A stretch of 18,101 bases of DNA, taken from positions 1 through 18,101 of the forward strand of contig JBGATO010000075.1 of the NCBI GenBank assembly GCA_044229145.1. The letters are read 5' to 3'. This DNA comes from Candidatus Eiseniibacteriota bacterium (GTDB taxonomy: Bacteria > Eisenbacteria > RBG-16-71-46 > CAZEPH01). A model generated the notes under the pieces. It was given only the letters and a program-made list of their open reading frames with translations, was not told the origin of the DNA and ran no database searches. Below are positions 1 to 8,345 of this stretch, one piece after another. Both the position numbers and the translations under genes were made by a program. The first letter of the stretch is position 1; the number at the start of each line of letters is the position of its first letter.

Positions 1-417
1 CACGCGGCGTCGCTCGGTCAGGGTTTCCCCCATTGCCGAAGCCTCTCGACTGCTGCCTCCCGTAGGAGTCTGGGCCGTATCTCAGTCCCAGTGTGGCTGA
101 CCATCCTCTCAGACCAGCTACTGATCGTCGCCTTGGTGAGCCGTTACCTCACCAACAAGCTAATCAGACGCGGGACCATCCCAAAGTGGCAGGCCTTACG
201 GTCCCCACCTTTAATCGCCAAATGATGCCACCCGGCGATACCATGCGGTATTAGCACCCCGTTGGGAGTGTTATTCCACGCTTCGGGGCAGGTTTCCCAC
301 GCGTTACTCACCCGTTCGCCACTCGCTTGAGGAGCAAGCCCCTCTCACGCGTTCGACTTGCATGCCTAATCCACGCCGCCAACGTTCGTTCTGAGCCAGG
401 ATCAAACTCTCCGTATA
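1..417 (-). rRNA. rrs: 16S rRNA, 5' portion (runs off window start)
   Basis: Reverse complement of 391-410 is AGAGTTTGATCCTGGCTCAG (27F site). The EUB338 target GCTGCCTCCCGTAGGAGT is at ~52-69. The mature 5' end is approximate. Confidence 0.99.
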
Positions 418-538
418 AAAAACTAGAAACGCTTACCACTCTCACCAGACCACGACTCCGAAGAGTCAGGCCGGCAGGAGATGGCTTGCGTCATTGAATC
501 CGCAAGGCTCTCCCCCCACCTCACCTCCCACACACAGG

Positions 539-551
539 TTGTCAAAGAGCA
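539..551 (-). promoter_or_regulatory. rrn antitermination boxA
   Basis: Minus strand reads TGCTCTTTGACAA in the 16S leader, matching the boxA consensus. Confidence 0.85.
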
Positions 552-607
552 GTTGGGCGCGCCGTGTACCCAGGCAAGCGCCGAAGCCCCGTCAAGGGCG
601 AGAGGGG

Positions 608-637
608 AAAGTACTCTTTCGAGTGCTTCCGGGTCAA
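608..637 (-). promoter_or_regulatory. rRNA promoter P2 (sigma70-type)
   Basis: TTGACC-N18-TACTTT with an AT-rich upstream segment, upstream of boxA. Confidence 0.65.
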
Positions 638-771
638 CAAGAAATTCTCACTTGCGTGAACTTTTCTTGAGGCCTGAACCGGCCGCGCCTATCCGAGGCG
701 CTGCTTCAGGCGGAGCGGCTCGTCCGTGCCGTCCCCTCAACCGCGTCGCTCGGTGAGCGGCGCGGACGGGA

Positions 772-810
772 GTTATACGCGCTGACAGGGGGCCGCGCAA
801 GGACTTTTTT
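772..810 (-). promoter_or_regulatory. rRNA promoter P1 (sigma70-type) with A-tract UP-like element
   Basis: AAAAAA-gtcc-TTGCGC-N17-TATAAC on the minus strand. Confidence 0.65.
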
Positions 811-950
811 CGGCGATCGGCCGAAATTTCTGAATTCGATTCGATCGCAAGGGGTTAGCGGCGCATGTTTCGGGCGTCGAGTGGCGTCGGCGCCGGCGCG
901 TTTCGCCCACGAAACGCGCAGCCGCGATGAGCTTGTATTGTCATCTGTTG

Positions 951-2168
951 TTATGAAGCAGTTACCTTCCAGTACTTGCGGCCGACGCGCAGATGAAATG
1001 CAGGCGACAAAGACTGTTGAATCATCGGATCCGTGACGCGTTCGCCGTCGACGCTCACCGCACCGTCGCGAATCAGGCGGGACGCCTGCGCGTTCGAGGG
1101 AGCGCCGCCGCAGGCCACGACCAGATCGCGGAGGGACATGGTGCCCTCGCCGCGCGGCACGGTCACCTCGGGCGCGTCCTGTGGGATCTCACGGCGCGCG
1201 AACTGCCGCTGGAACTCCTCGGCTGCGGCGGCCGCGGCCTCCGGCGAGTGGTACATCCCCACGATCTCCGCGGCGACCCGGCGCTTCCACTCGACCGGGT
1301 TTACGCTGCGCGCGGCGATTTCCCGCTCGGCACGCGCGACCTCGTCCGGCGACACTCGGGTCGCAAGCGCCAAGTACGTCACGATCGCGGAGTCCGGGAT
1401 CGACATCACCTTGCCGAACATCTCGCGGGGCGATTCGGTGAGCCCGATGTAGTTGCCGAGGCTCTTGCTCATGCGTCGGACGCCGTCGACGCCGGGCAGA
1501 ATCGGCAGCGTCATCACCACCTGCGGCACCTGCCCGTACTCGGTCTGGAGGGCGCGGCCGATGAGCAGATTGAATTTCTGCTCGGTGGCGCCGAGTTCGA
1601 CGTCGGCCTCGATGGCGACCGAGTCGTAGCCCTGGGCCAACGGGTAGAAGAGTTCGTGGAGGCCGACCGGCTGGCCGGCGTTCAGGCGCTGCTCGAAGTC
1701 GTCGCGCTCCGTGATCCGCGCCACGGTGATCTTCGCCGACAACCGGATCACGTCGGCGAAGGTCATGCTGTCGAACCATTCGCCATTCCAGTGGATCTCG
1801 GCCTGTTCGACGTCGACCACACGGCCGAACTGCTCGAGATAGGTGCGGGCGTTGGCTTCGAGCTGCTCCTGCGTGAGCATCGGGCGTGTCTTGGAGACGC
1901 CGCTGGGGTCGCCGATGCGGCCGGTGAAGTCGCCGACGATGAGCACGACCTTGTGCCCCAGCTCTTGGAACTGCCGCAACTTGCGCAGGCCGACGGCGTG
2001 GCCGAGGTGGATGTCGGGCGCGGTCGGGTCGAAGCCTTGCTTGACGCGCAAGGGCGTGCCGGTGGCGGCGGCGCGCTCGAGCTTGGCGCGCAGTTCGCCG
2101 GCGGGCAGCACGTCCACGGTGCCGGCGGTCAGCAGGGCGAGTTGTTCGTCGACGGACAGACGGGACAC
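951..2168 (-). CDS. tyrS: Tyrosine--tRNA ligase
   Basis: GFDPTAPDIHLGH (HIGH), RMSKS (KMSKS), C-terminal S4-like domain. Start reassigned to GTG at 2168, after a GAGGA RBS and downstream of a promoter at 2212-2240. Confidence 0.97.
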   Translation of the reverse strand: MSRLSVDEQLALLTAGTVDVLPAGELRAKLERAAATGTPLRVKQGFDPTAPDIHLGHAVGLRKLRQFQELGHKVVLIVGDFTGRIGDPSGVSKTRPMLTQEQLEANARTYLEQFGRVVDVEQAEIHWNGEWFDSMTFADVIRLSAKITVARITERDDFEQRLNAGQPVGLHELFYPLAQGYDSVAIEADVELGATEQKFNLLIGRALQTEYGQVPQVVMTLPILPGVDGVRRMSKSLGNYIGLTESPREMFGKVMSIPDSAIVTYLALATRVSPDEVARAEREIAARSVNPVEWKRRVAAEIVGMYHSPEAAAAAAEEFQRQFARREIPQDAPEVTVPRGEGTMSLRDLVVACGGAPSNAQASRLIRDGAVSVDGERVTDPMIQQSLSPAFHLRVGRKYWKVTAS

Positions 2169-2211
2169 GGCGATCCTCACGGAAGACGGCGAGCGGCGAT
2201 GGAATCCGCCT

Positions 2212-2240
2212 ACCCTATCGAGACACGGCCGGGGCGGCAA
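2212..2240 (-). promoter_or_regulatory. tyrS promoter
   Basis: TTGCCG-N17-TAGGGT on the minus strand. Confidence 0.6.
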
Positions 2241-2256
2241 GAGTGGAGGCGCTCGC

Positions 2257-2286
2257 TTGACCGCGCGTGGCGCACCTCCGTAGAGT
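2257..2286 (+). promoter_or_regulatory. PBP1A promoter (probably leaderless transcript)
   Basis: TTGACC-N18-TAGAGT. An in-frame GTG lies 7 nt after the -10 box and there is no SD sequence. Confidence 0.6.
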
Positions 2287-2293
2287 CTCGCGC

Positions 2294-4504
2294 GTGATGA
2301 AATTCTGGCGCGTTGTCCTCATCCTCGTGGTCTTGCTCGTCTGCATGTCGGGCGGCGCCGTGCTGGGCGCGGCGAGTTGGCTCGGGCAAGACCTGCCTTC
2401 CACCGATGCCCTCGAGCGCATTACGCCGCCCGTCAAGACGCAGGTCTTCGACGTCCGCAACCAGATCATCGGCGAGTTCTACAAAGAGAACCGCAGTCTG
2501 GTGCCGCTGAAGCAGGTGCCGCGCAACCTCACGGCCGCGTTCATCTCGGTCGAGGACCGGCGCTTCTATCAGCACTGGGGCGTCGACGTCTTCCGCATCG
2601 GCAAGGCGGCGATCAAGGACATCATGTCGCGCTCGGCGGCCGAAGGCGGCGGCACCATCACACAGCAGCTGGCGCGCAATCTCTTTCTGACGCACGAAAA
2701 GACCTTCACGCGCAAGATGAAGGAGACGCTGCTCGCGATGGAGATCGAGCGGCGCTACACGAAGGACGAGATCCTGCAGATGTACGAGAACCAGATCTAC
2801 TTCGGATCTGGGGCGTACGGCGTGCAGGCGGCAGCGCGTGTGTTCTTCGACAAGGACGTGCAACAGCTGACGTTGCCGGAGTGCGCGTTGCTCGCCGGGC
2901 TGCCGCGCAATCCGGTGGGATACGATCCGCGGCGGCGGCCGGACGCGGCGTTGCGGCGGCGCAGCATCGTGTTGCGCGCGATGCTCGACACCGGCGCGAT
3001 CACGCGCACGCAGTACGCGCAGGCGCAGGCGTCCCCGCTCGGCGTCACGCCGGAGCGCCGCCCGCGCCAGGCGCCGTACTTCCTCGAGGCGGTGCGTCAG
3101 TATCTCGACGAGCGCTATGGGTCGAACCTGCTCTACGAAGGCGGCCTCAAGGTGTACACGACGCTCGACCTGCAGCTGCAGCATCTCGCCGAGGATGCGC
3201 TCGAGCGACAACTCTCCGCGCTCGAGGTGGCGAACGGCTACCGCATGCGCTACAGCGCACCGGCCGGGCGCCGCGCCGCGCCGGGCGAGCTCCCGCGCTA
3301 CCTCCAAGGCTCGATGCTGGCGATGGACCCGCGCTCGGGTGCCGTGCGTGTGATGATCGGGGGCCGCGACTACACCGACAGCCAATTCAACCGCGCATTG
3401 CAATCGCGCCGCCAGACCGGCTCGCTGTGGAAGCCGTTCGTGTACGTCGCCGCGATCGACGAGGGCATGCGGCCGAACGACACCATCGCCGACACGCCGA
3501 TCGAGTTCCCGGGCGCCGACGCCGGACAGACCTGGGCGCCGCAGAACTACGATCACAAGTTCCGCGGCACCATCACGCTGCGCTACGCACTCCAGCACTC
3601 GGTCAACATCCCGGCGGTACGGCTCGCCCAGAAGGAAGGCACCGACAAGGTCGCAGCCTACGCGCAGAAACTCGGCGTGAAGTCGCCCATCGTGCGCGAT
3701 CTGTCGATGGCGCTCGGCACCACCGAGGCCACACTGATCGAAATGGTTGGCGCGTACGCCGCGTTCGACAACGGTGGCGTGGCGGCGGCGCCCTACTACG
3801 TCCAGCGCGTCGTCGACCGCAACGGCAAGCCGCTCGAAACCACGCGCCCGCAACTGCGCGAGGCCCTGAGCGAAGGCACCGCGAGCACGCTCACGTCGAT
3901 GTTGCAAAGCGTGATCGATGGCGGCACCGGCTACCCGGCGCGCGCGGCGGGCTTCACCGCACCCGCCGCCGGCAAGACCGGCACCACGAGCGACTACACC
4001 GACGCGTGGTTCGTCGGCTACACCCCGACGCTGGTGGCCGGCGTGTGGGTCGGCTTCGACCGCAAGATGCAGTTGGGAGAAGGCATGACGGGCGGGCGCG
4101 CGGCGCTGCCGGCGTGGACGCAATTCATGCTCGGCGTGCAGGCGCTGCAGCCGTCGGGCGCCTTCCCGCAGGTGACCGAGGTGGTGACGCGGCTGGTGTG
4201 TCCGGTGAGCGGCGCGCTGGCGCGCACCGGGTGCCCTCCCCCGATCTCACAGACCTTCAACGCGGGCGAGGAGCCGTCGGAAGTGTGTAGCGCACACGGC
4301 GGCGAACCTGTCGCGCAGCCGTCGACGAGCGAGCCGGTGGTGCCGCCCGTGGGCGATGACGAACATGAGGCGCCGGTGCCGGACGCGGAAGCGGCCGCGC
4401 CTGGGGCGCCGGGCATCGTTCCCGCGGGGGCGCCTGCAACACGGGCCACACCCACACCACCGGCGACTCGGGCACCGGTCACCGCGCCCGCGAAAAAGCG
4501 CTAG
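2294..4504 (+). CDS. mrcA: Class A penicillin-binding protein (PBP1A family; transglycosylase/transpeptidase)
   Basis: N-terminal TM helix. GT51 motifs EDRRFYQHWGVD, GGGTITQQLARN and RKMKE. Transpeptidase motifs SLWK, SVN and KTGT. Cys/His and Pro/Ala-rich tail. Start is GTG 2294 or ATG 2297. Confidence 0.95.
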   Translation: MMKFWRVVLILVVLLVCMSGGAVLGAASWLGQDLPSTDALERITPPVKTQVFDVRNQIIGEFYKENRSLVPLKQVPRNLTAAFISVEDRRFYQHWGVDVFRIGKAAIKDIMSRSAAEGGGTITQQLARNLFLTHEKTFTRKMKETLLAMEIERRYTKDEILQMYENQIYFGSGAYGVQAAARVFFDKDVQQLTLPECALLAGLPRNPVGYDPRRRPDAALRRRSIVLRAMLDTGAITRTQYAQAQASPLGVTPERRPRQAPYFLEAVRQYLDERYGSNLLYEGGLKVYTTLDLQLQHLAEDALERQLSALEVANGYRMRYSAPAGRRAAPGELPRYLQGSMLAMDPRSGAVRVMIGGRDYTDSQFNRALQSRRQTGSLWKPFVYVAAIDEGMRPNDTIADTPIEFPGADAGQTWAPQNYDHKFRGTITLRYALQHSVNIPAVRLAQKEGTDKVAAYAQKLGVKSPIVRDLSMALGTTEATLIEMVGAYAAFDNGGVAAAPYYVQRVVDRNGKPLETTRPQLREALSEGTASTLTSMLQSVIDGGTGYPARAAGFTAPAAGKTGTTSDYTDAWFVGYTPTLVAGVWVGFDRKMQLGEGMTGGRAALPAWTQFMLGVQALQPSGAFPQVTEVVTRLVCPVSGALARTGCPPPISQTFNAGEEPSEVCSAHGGEPVAQPSTSEPVVPPVGDDEHEAPVPDAEAAAPGAPGIVPAGAPATRATPTPPATRAPVTAPAKKR

Positions 4505-4508
4505 GTCG

Positions 4509-5897
4509 CTACTCCGTCGCCGCGCGGCACAGCAGGGCGTCCGCCTCGGCGCTCCCCCACGCGGCCATGCCGCCGGTCGCCACGACCGCGAGGATGCGCG
4601 ACGCGAGCGGTGTCACCGCTGTCCCCACAGGCGCGAGATCGACCGCGGCGCTCACCGCCTCCTCACCGATCATTTGACGCTCCGCCGAGTTGGCGAAGAC
4701 GTGCGCCAAGACGTCGCCCTCGCGCACCGCATCGCCCACGCGCATGCGGAGGTCGAAGCCGGCGCCCGGATCGATGACGTCCTCGCGGCGCGCGCGTCCG
4801 GCACCCATCGCCACGCCGGCGAGGCCGAGCCGCAGCGAGTCGATGTCGCGCACTACGCCGTCGCGCGACGCGCGGACGGTGGCCTGATGCGCGGACATCC
4901 GCAGCCACGCAGGATCGTCCACCACCCCGAGGTCGCCGCCGTGTGCGTCGACCATCGCGCGGAACTTCGCCAGGCCGCTGCCGTCGGCGATGCGCGCGTG
5001 CATCGCGGCCGCCGCTTCCTCGAAGCCCGGCTGCGCGCCGGCGAGCATGAGCATCGCGGCACCGAGCACCACGGTTTCCTCGACGACGTCGGCTGGCCCG
5101 TCGCCGCGCAACACGGCGACCGACTCCGCGGCCTCGTTCGCATTGCCGATGGCGGCGCCGAGCGGCGCGTTCATGTCGGTGAGGATCGCCACCGCGCGGC
5201 GGCCGGCGGCCACTGTCGTCGCGACCAAGCGCTCGGCCAGCGCCTCCGCCTCGGCGCGCGTCTTGAGGAACGCGCCGCGCCCGCACTTGACGTCGTAGAC
5301 CAGCGCGCGCGGCCCGGCGGCGAGCTTCTTCGAGGCGATGGACGACACGATCAGCGGCAGCGATTCGACGAAGCCGGTGACGTCGCGCAGCTCGTACAGC
5401 ACGCTGTCGGCGGGCGCGAGGTCGGCGGACTGCCCGGCGATCGAACAGCCGACGCGCCGCAGGATGTCGACGAACTCGTCGTAGGTCAGGCGCGTGCGGT
5501 AGCCGCGAATCGCCTCGAGCTTGTCGAGCGTGCCGCCGGTGTGGCCGAGACCGCGGCCGCTGCACATCGGCACGGTGACGCCGTTGGAGGCCACCAGCGG
5601 CGCGAGCGGCAGCGAGATCTTGTCGCCGACGCCACCGGTCGAGTGCTTGTCCGCCGTCGGCACGCCGAGCGCGGAGAGGTCGAACATGCGGCCGCTGCCG
5701 GCGATCGCCGCGGTGAGCGTCGCCAACTCGCGCGGCGAGAGCCCGCGGTGGAACACGTTGGCGAGGAATGCCGCCGCCTGATAGTCGGGGATCTCGCGCG
5801 ACGCGATGCCGCGGATGAACCACTGGATGTGCGCGTCGGTCCATTCGGCACCGTCGCGCTTGGCGCGCAGGAGATCGACCGCGAGGAAGTCCGCCAT
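4509..5897 (-). CDS. pdp: Pyrimidine-nucleoside/thymidine phosphorylase
   Basis: AKRDG N-terminus, DKHSTGGVGDK, SGRGLGHTGGTLDKLE, SIASKK, DVKCGRGAF. Confidence 0.95.
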   Translation of the reverse strand: MADFLAVDLLRAKRDGAEWTDAHIQWFIRGIASREIPDYQAAAFLANVFHRGLSPRELATLTAAIAGSGRMFDLSALGVPTADKHSTGGVGDKISLPLAPLVASNGVTVPMCSGRGLGHTGGTLDKLEAIRGYRTRLTYDEFVDILRRVGCSIAGQSADLAPADSVLYELRDVTGFVESLPLIVSSIASKKLAAGPRALVYDVKCGRGAFLKTRAEAEALAERLVATTVAAGRRAVAILTDMNAPLGAAIGNANEAAESVAVLRGDGPADVVEETVVLGAAMLMLAGAQPGFEEAAAAMHARIADGSGLAKFRAMVDAHGGDLGVVDDPAWLRMSAHQATVRASRDGVVRDIDSLRLGLAGVAMGAGRARREDVIDPGAGFDLRMRVGDAVREGDVLAHVFANSAERQMIGEEAVSAAVDLAPVGTAVTPLASRILAVVATGGMAAWGSAEADALLCRAATE

Positions 5898-5900
5898 GCG

Positions 5901-7370
5901 CTACGCCGCGCCGCGCGCGCCCTTGCGCGCCGCGGCCGCGATCTTGACGCTGGCGCTGGTGCCGAGACGCGTCGCGCCGGCATCGACCATCGCCTGTGCG
6001 GCTTCGTAATCGCGGATGCCGCCGCTCGCCTTGACGCCGAGTTCCTCGCCCACCACCTCGCGCATGAGCGCGACGTCTTCCACCGTGGCGCCGGACTTCG
6101 CGAAGCCGGTCGATGTCTTGACGTAGTGCGCGCCGGCCGCCTTCGACAGGCGGCACGCGGTGATCTTCTCCTCACGCGTGAGCAGCGCGGTTTCGATGAT
6201 GACCTTCACGAGTATGCGCGAGCCGCACGCCTCGACGACGGTGCGGATGTCGCGCTCCACCGCCTTGAGGTCGCCCGACTTGAGCGCGCCGACGTTGATG
6301 ACCATGTCGACTTCGGTGGCGCCGTCGCGGATGGCACGCTGCGCCTCGTACGCCTTGACCTCCGGCAGCGACGCGCCGAGCGGGAAGCCGACCACCGTGC
6401 ACACGCCGACCCGCGAGCCGCGCAAGTTCGCCGCGGCGCGCTTCACCCACGTGCCGTTCACGCACACGGTGGCGAAGCTGTGCTGCACCGCCTCCTTGCA
6501 CAGCGTGTCGATGTCCTGCGCGCAGGCGTCCGGCTTGAGCACCGTGTGGTCGATCATGCTGGCGATGTCGGGTTCGGTCGGACACCAGCCGGGCGATCCG
6601 CCGATGCGGCAGGCGCCGCTGGCGATCATCGCGCGCACCGTCTTCGGGCGGCGCACGCCGCAGCCGACGCAGTTGTGGCACGGCGTGCAGGCGTCCAGCG
6701 TGCCGAAGTCCACCACCGGGCCGGGCGTCCGCGCGCCGGGCGCCGCCTTGATGGTGTTCGGCTCGTAGAGCGACAGCGGCACGCGGCCGCCGCCGGACAT
6801 CGTCGGAAGCGGCGCCGGACCGCTGGGCGCGTCGCCCAAGCGGCGAAGGACTTCGGCGGCGATGCGTTCGACCAGGGTGTCGTCGGAGGCGCTCATCGGG
6901 ACTGTCCGGTCTTCTTGCGCGCGGTACGGCTTGGTGGCAAAGGTGAAGGCGTGCGGCAGCAGTTCCTGCACGGTGAACGCCTGGTAGGACGAACCGCCGA
7001 GGTCGACGATGACGTCGGCGTTCGGGGCGAGTTCGGCGATGACTTGGCGGCACGCGCCGCACGGCCACGGCGTCGCCTTGCCGTCCGCGGTGACCGCGAC
7101 GCCGATCAGATGCGCCGCGCCGCCGGCCGCCACCGCGCGGGCGAGCGCGGTGCGCTCGGCGCACAGGCTCAGCGGGTAGGAGGCGTTCTCGATGTTGCCG
7201 CCGGTCCACATCTGGCCGGTGCGGCTGAACACCGCGGCGCCGACGCGATAGCGCGAGTACGGCGCGTAGGAATCCTTCGTGGCTTTGCGTGCGGCACGCA
7301 CCAGCGCCATGCACTCACCGTGGGTGAGGTGGCGCGACCCGGACTGTGCCGGGGCGTTCGACTTCGGCAT
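5901..7370 (-). CDS. deoC: Cytidine deaminase :: Cys-rich linker :: deoxyribose-phosphate aldolase fusion (cdd-deoC)
   Basis: N-terminal ~145 aa has YAPYS, NIENASY, CAERTA and PCGACRQ (tetrameric-type CDA). C-terminal ~220 aa has [28 protein letters not shown] and GVKASGGIR (DERA). There is no stop between them. An in-frame ATG at 6896 could be an internal start. Confidence 0.9.
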   Translation of the reverse strand: MPKSNAPAQSGSRHLTHGECMALVRAARKATKDSYAPYSRYRVGAAVFSRTGQMWTGGNIENASYPLSLCAERTALARAVAAGGAAHLIGVAVTADGKATPWPCGACRQVIAELAPNADVIVDLGGSSYQAFTVQELLPHAFTFATKPYRAQEDRTVPMSASDDTLVERIAAEVLRRLGDAPSGPAPLPTMSGGGRVPLSLYEPNTIKAAPGARTPGPVVDFGTLDACTPCHNCVGCGVRRPKTVRAMIASGACRIGGSPGWCPTEPDIASMIDHTVLKPDACAQDIDTLCKEAVQHSFATVCVNGTWVKRAAANLRGSRVGVCTVVGFPLGASLPEVKAYEAQRAIRDGATEVDMVINVGALKSGDLKAVERDIRTVVEACGSRILVKVIIETALLTREEKITACRLSKAAGAHYVKTSTGFAKSGATVEDVALMREVVGEELGVKASGGIRDYEAAQAMVDAGATRLGTSASVKIAAAARKGARGAA

Positions 7371-7463
7371 CGAAATGCGCCTCTTCCTTCCGGTCGTCGG
7401 GGGACGTCGGTCACCGCGCGCTGGGAGGCGCGGGGCGAGCGGAGGAGAGTAGCACGCGCGGTG

Positions 7464-8126
7464 CTACGGATGCCAGAGAGCCTTGACCGCGCCCCAGGAG
7501 GTGGCTTCGACCGGCGTGTAGCCGTCGCAGGTGTGGCTGCCGCCGCCGCCGACCGTGATGATCGGCGCGACGATGGTGGCCTGGTCGACGCGGCCGCTGG
7601 CATCGAGAGTCGCGCAGTAGTTGAGAGAGACGCAGCCCTGGCCTTGCGTGCAACCGTCGGTCTCGAACTGGATCTGCAAGATGGCGCCCGACGTGCAGCC
7701 GGTGCTGGTGGCGCTGTTGGTCCAGGCGACGTGGAATTGGCTGATGTTGTCGTCCACGACGATCGGCGCCGCGCTGCCGCGGTTGAGGTAGGTGCACGTC
7801 GAGCCGCTGCTCGTCTTGTACACGGTGCCGATGTGGGCGAAGCACGTGCCGGCAAAGTTGGTGGCCGGGTCCCAGCTGACGAAGATCTCGGCTCCGGCGA
7901 AGGTCAAGCCGCCGCTGCGGTAGAGCCGGACGTAGGCGTTGTTGACCGAGGCCGGGCTGGTGTCGGTGACCTGGCTGGTGGCGCTCCAGGACAAATAGGC
8001 GGCGGTGCCGGCGTTCGAGCCGGCGTGCGCGGACCCGGCGATGGCCAGCGCGAGGCAGACCAGCGCGGCGCACGCGTCGCGGAGGGCGCCCTGTCGCAGG
8101 CGCGTTGTCAGGTCAAGACGGGGCAT
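7464..8126 (-). CDS. Secreted hypothetical beta-rich protein with C-terminal TPVEATSWGAVKAL motif
   Basis: GAGGTGG RBS; signal peptide ending AHA; Ser/Thr/Cys-rich mature part; coding-like GC3 bias. Confidence 0.8.
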   Translation of the reverse strand: MPRLDLTTRLRQGALRDACAALVCLALAIAGSAHAGSNAGTAAYLSWSATSQVTDTSPASVNNAYVRLYRSGGLTFAGAEIFVSWDPATNFAGTCFAHIGTVYKTSSGSTCTYLNRGSAAPIVVDDNISQFHVAWTNSATSTGCTSGAILQIQFETDGCTQGQGCVSLNYCATLDASGRVDQATIVAPIITVGGGGSHTCDGYTPVEATSWGAVKALWHP

Positions 8127-8195
8127 GAAACGTCCACCTCTCGGCGGTGTGCAGGGCCGGGAGCAGGGGCCTCCGGCGCCGGGGTCTTCGCCCCG

Positions 8196-8204
8196 ACTCT
8201 ATCA
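8196..8204 (-). promoter_or_regulatory. Extended -10 promoter for the 220-aa secreted protein
   Basis: TG-A-TAGAGT on the minus strand; the same -10 hexamer as the PBP1A promoter. Confidence 0.45.
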
Positions 8205-8345
8205 GAATTCGTCCGGGCGGCGGGCGGGAGTTTGCGTCGTGGGTGGCGAATCGGGCGATTCCCGCCAACGCGGGAGCCGGTCCCGCGACAGAGGCGGTGT
8301 TCCGGGCCTCGGCCCTCGACCCCACCTCGTTCACGGAGACTTGCC

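Noticed and set aside
440..520. Hairpins including GACTC-TTCG-GAGTC in the 16S leader as a separate ncRNA or tRNA
   Set aside because: These are ordinary pre-rRNA leader structures with no cloverleaf.
481..756. 91-aa ORF
   Set aside because: It lies antisense over the rRNA leader, boxA and promoter, and has no protein features.
2169..2240. T-box riboswitch or N-terminal extension for tyrS
   Set aside because: The predicted leader is under 40 nt and lacks a T-box motif. The TTG start in the ORF track coincides with the -35 box.
993..4290. Long overlapping or antisense ORFs (434, 637 and 637 aa), and similar ones at 8814-11165, 13337-14311 and 16752-17639
   Set aside because: Arg/Ala/Gly-rich shadow frames expected at high GC over bona fide genes.
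4356..8345. N-terminal ~1330 aa of the 2252-aa + strand ORF
   Set aside because: It is an antisense shadow of pdp, cdd-deoC and the 220-aa gene. The real protein starts at ATG 8346, with an RBS and signal peptide.
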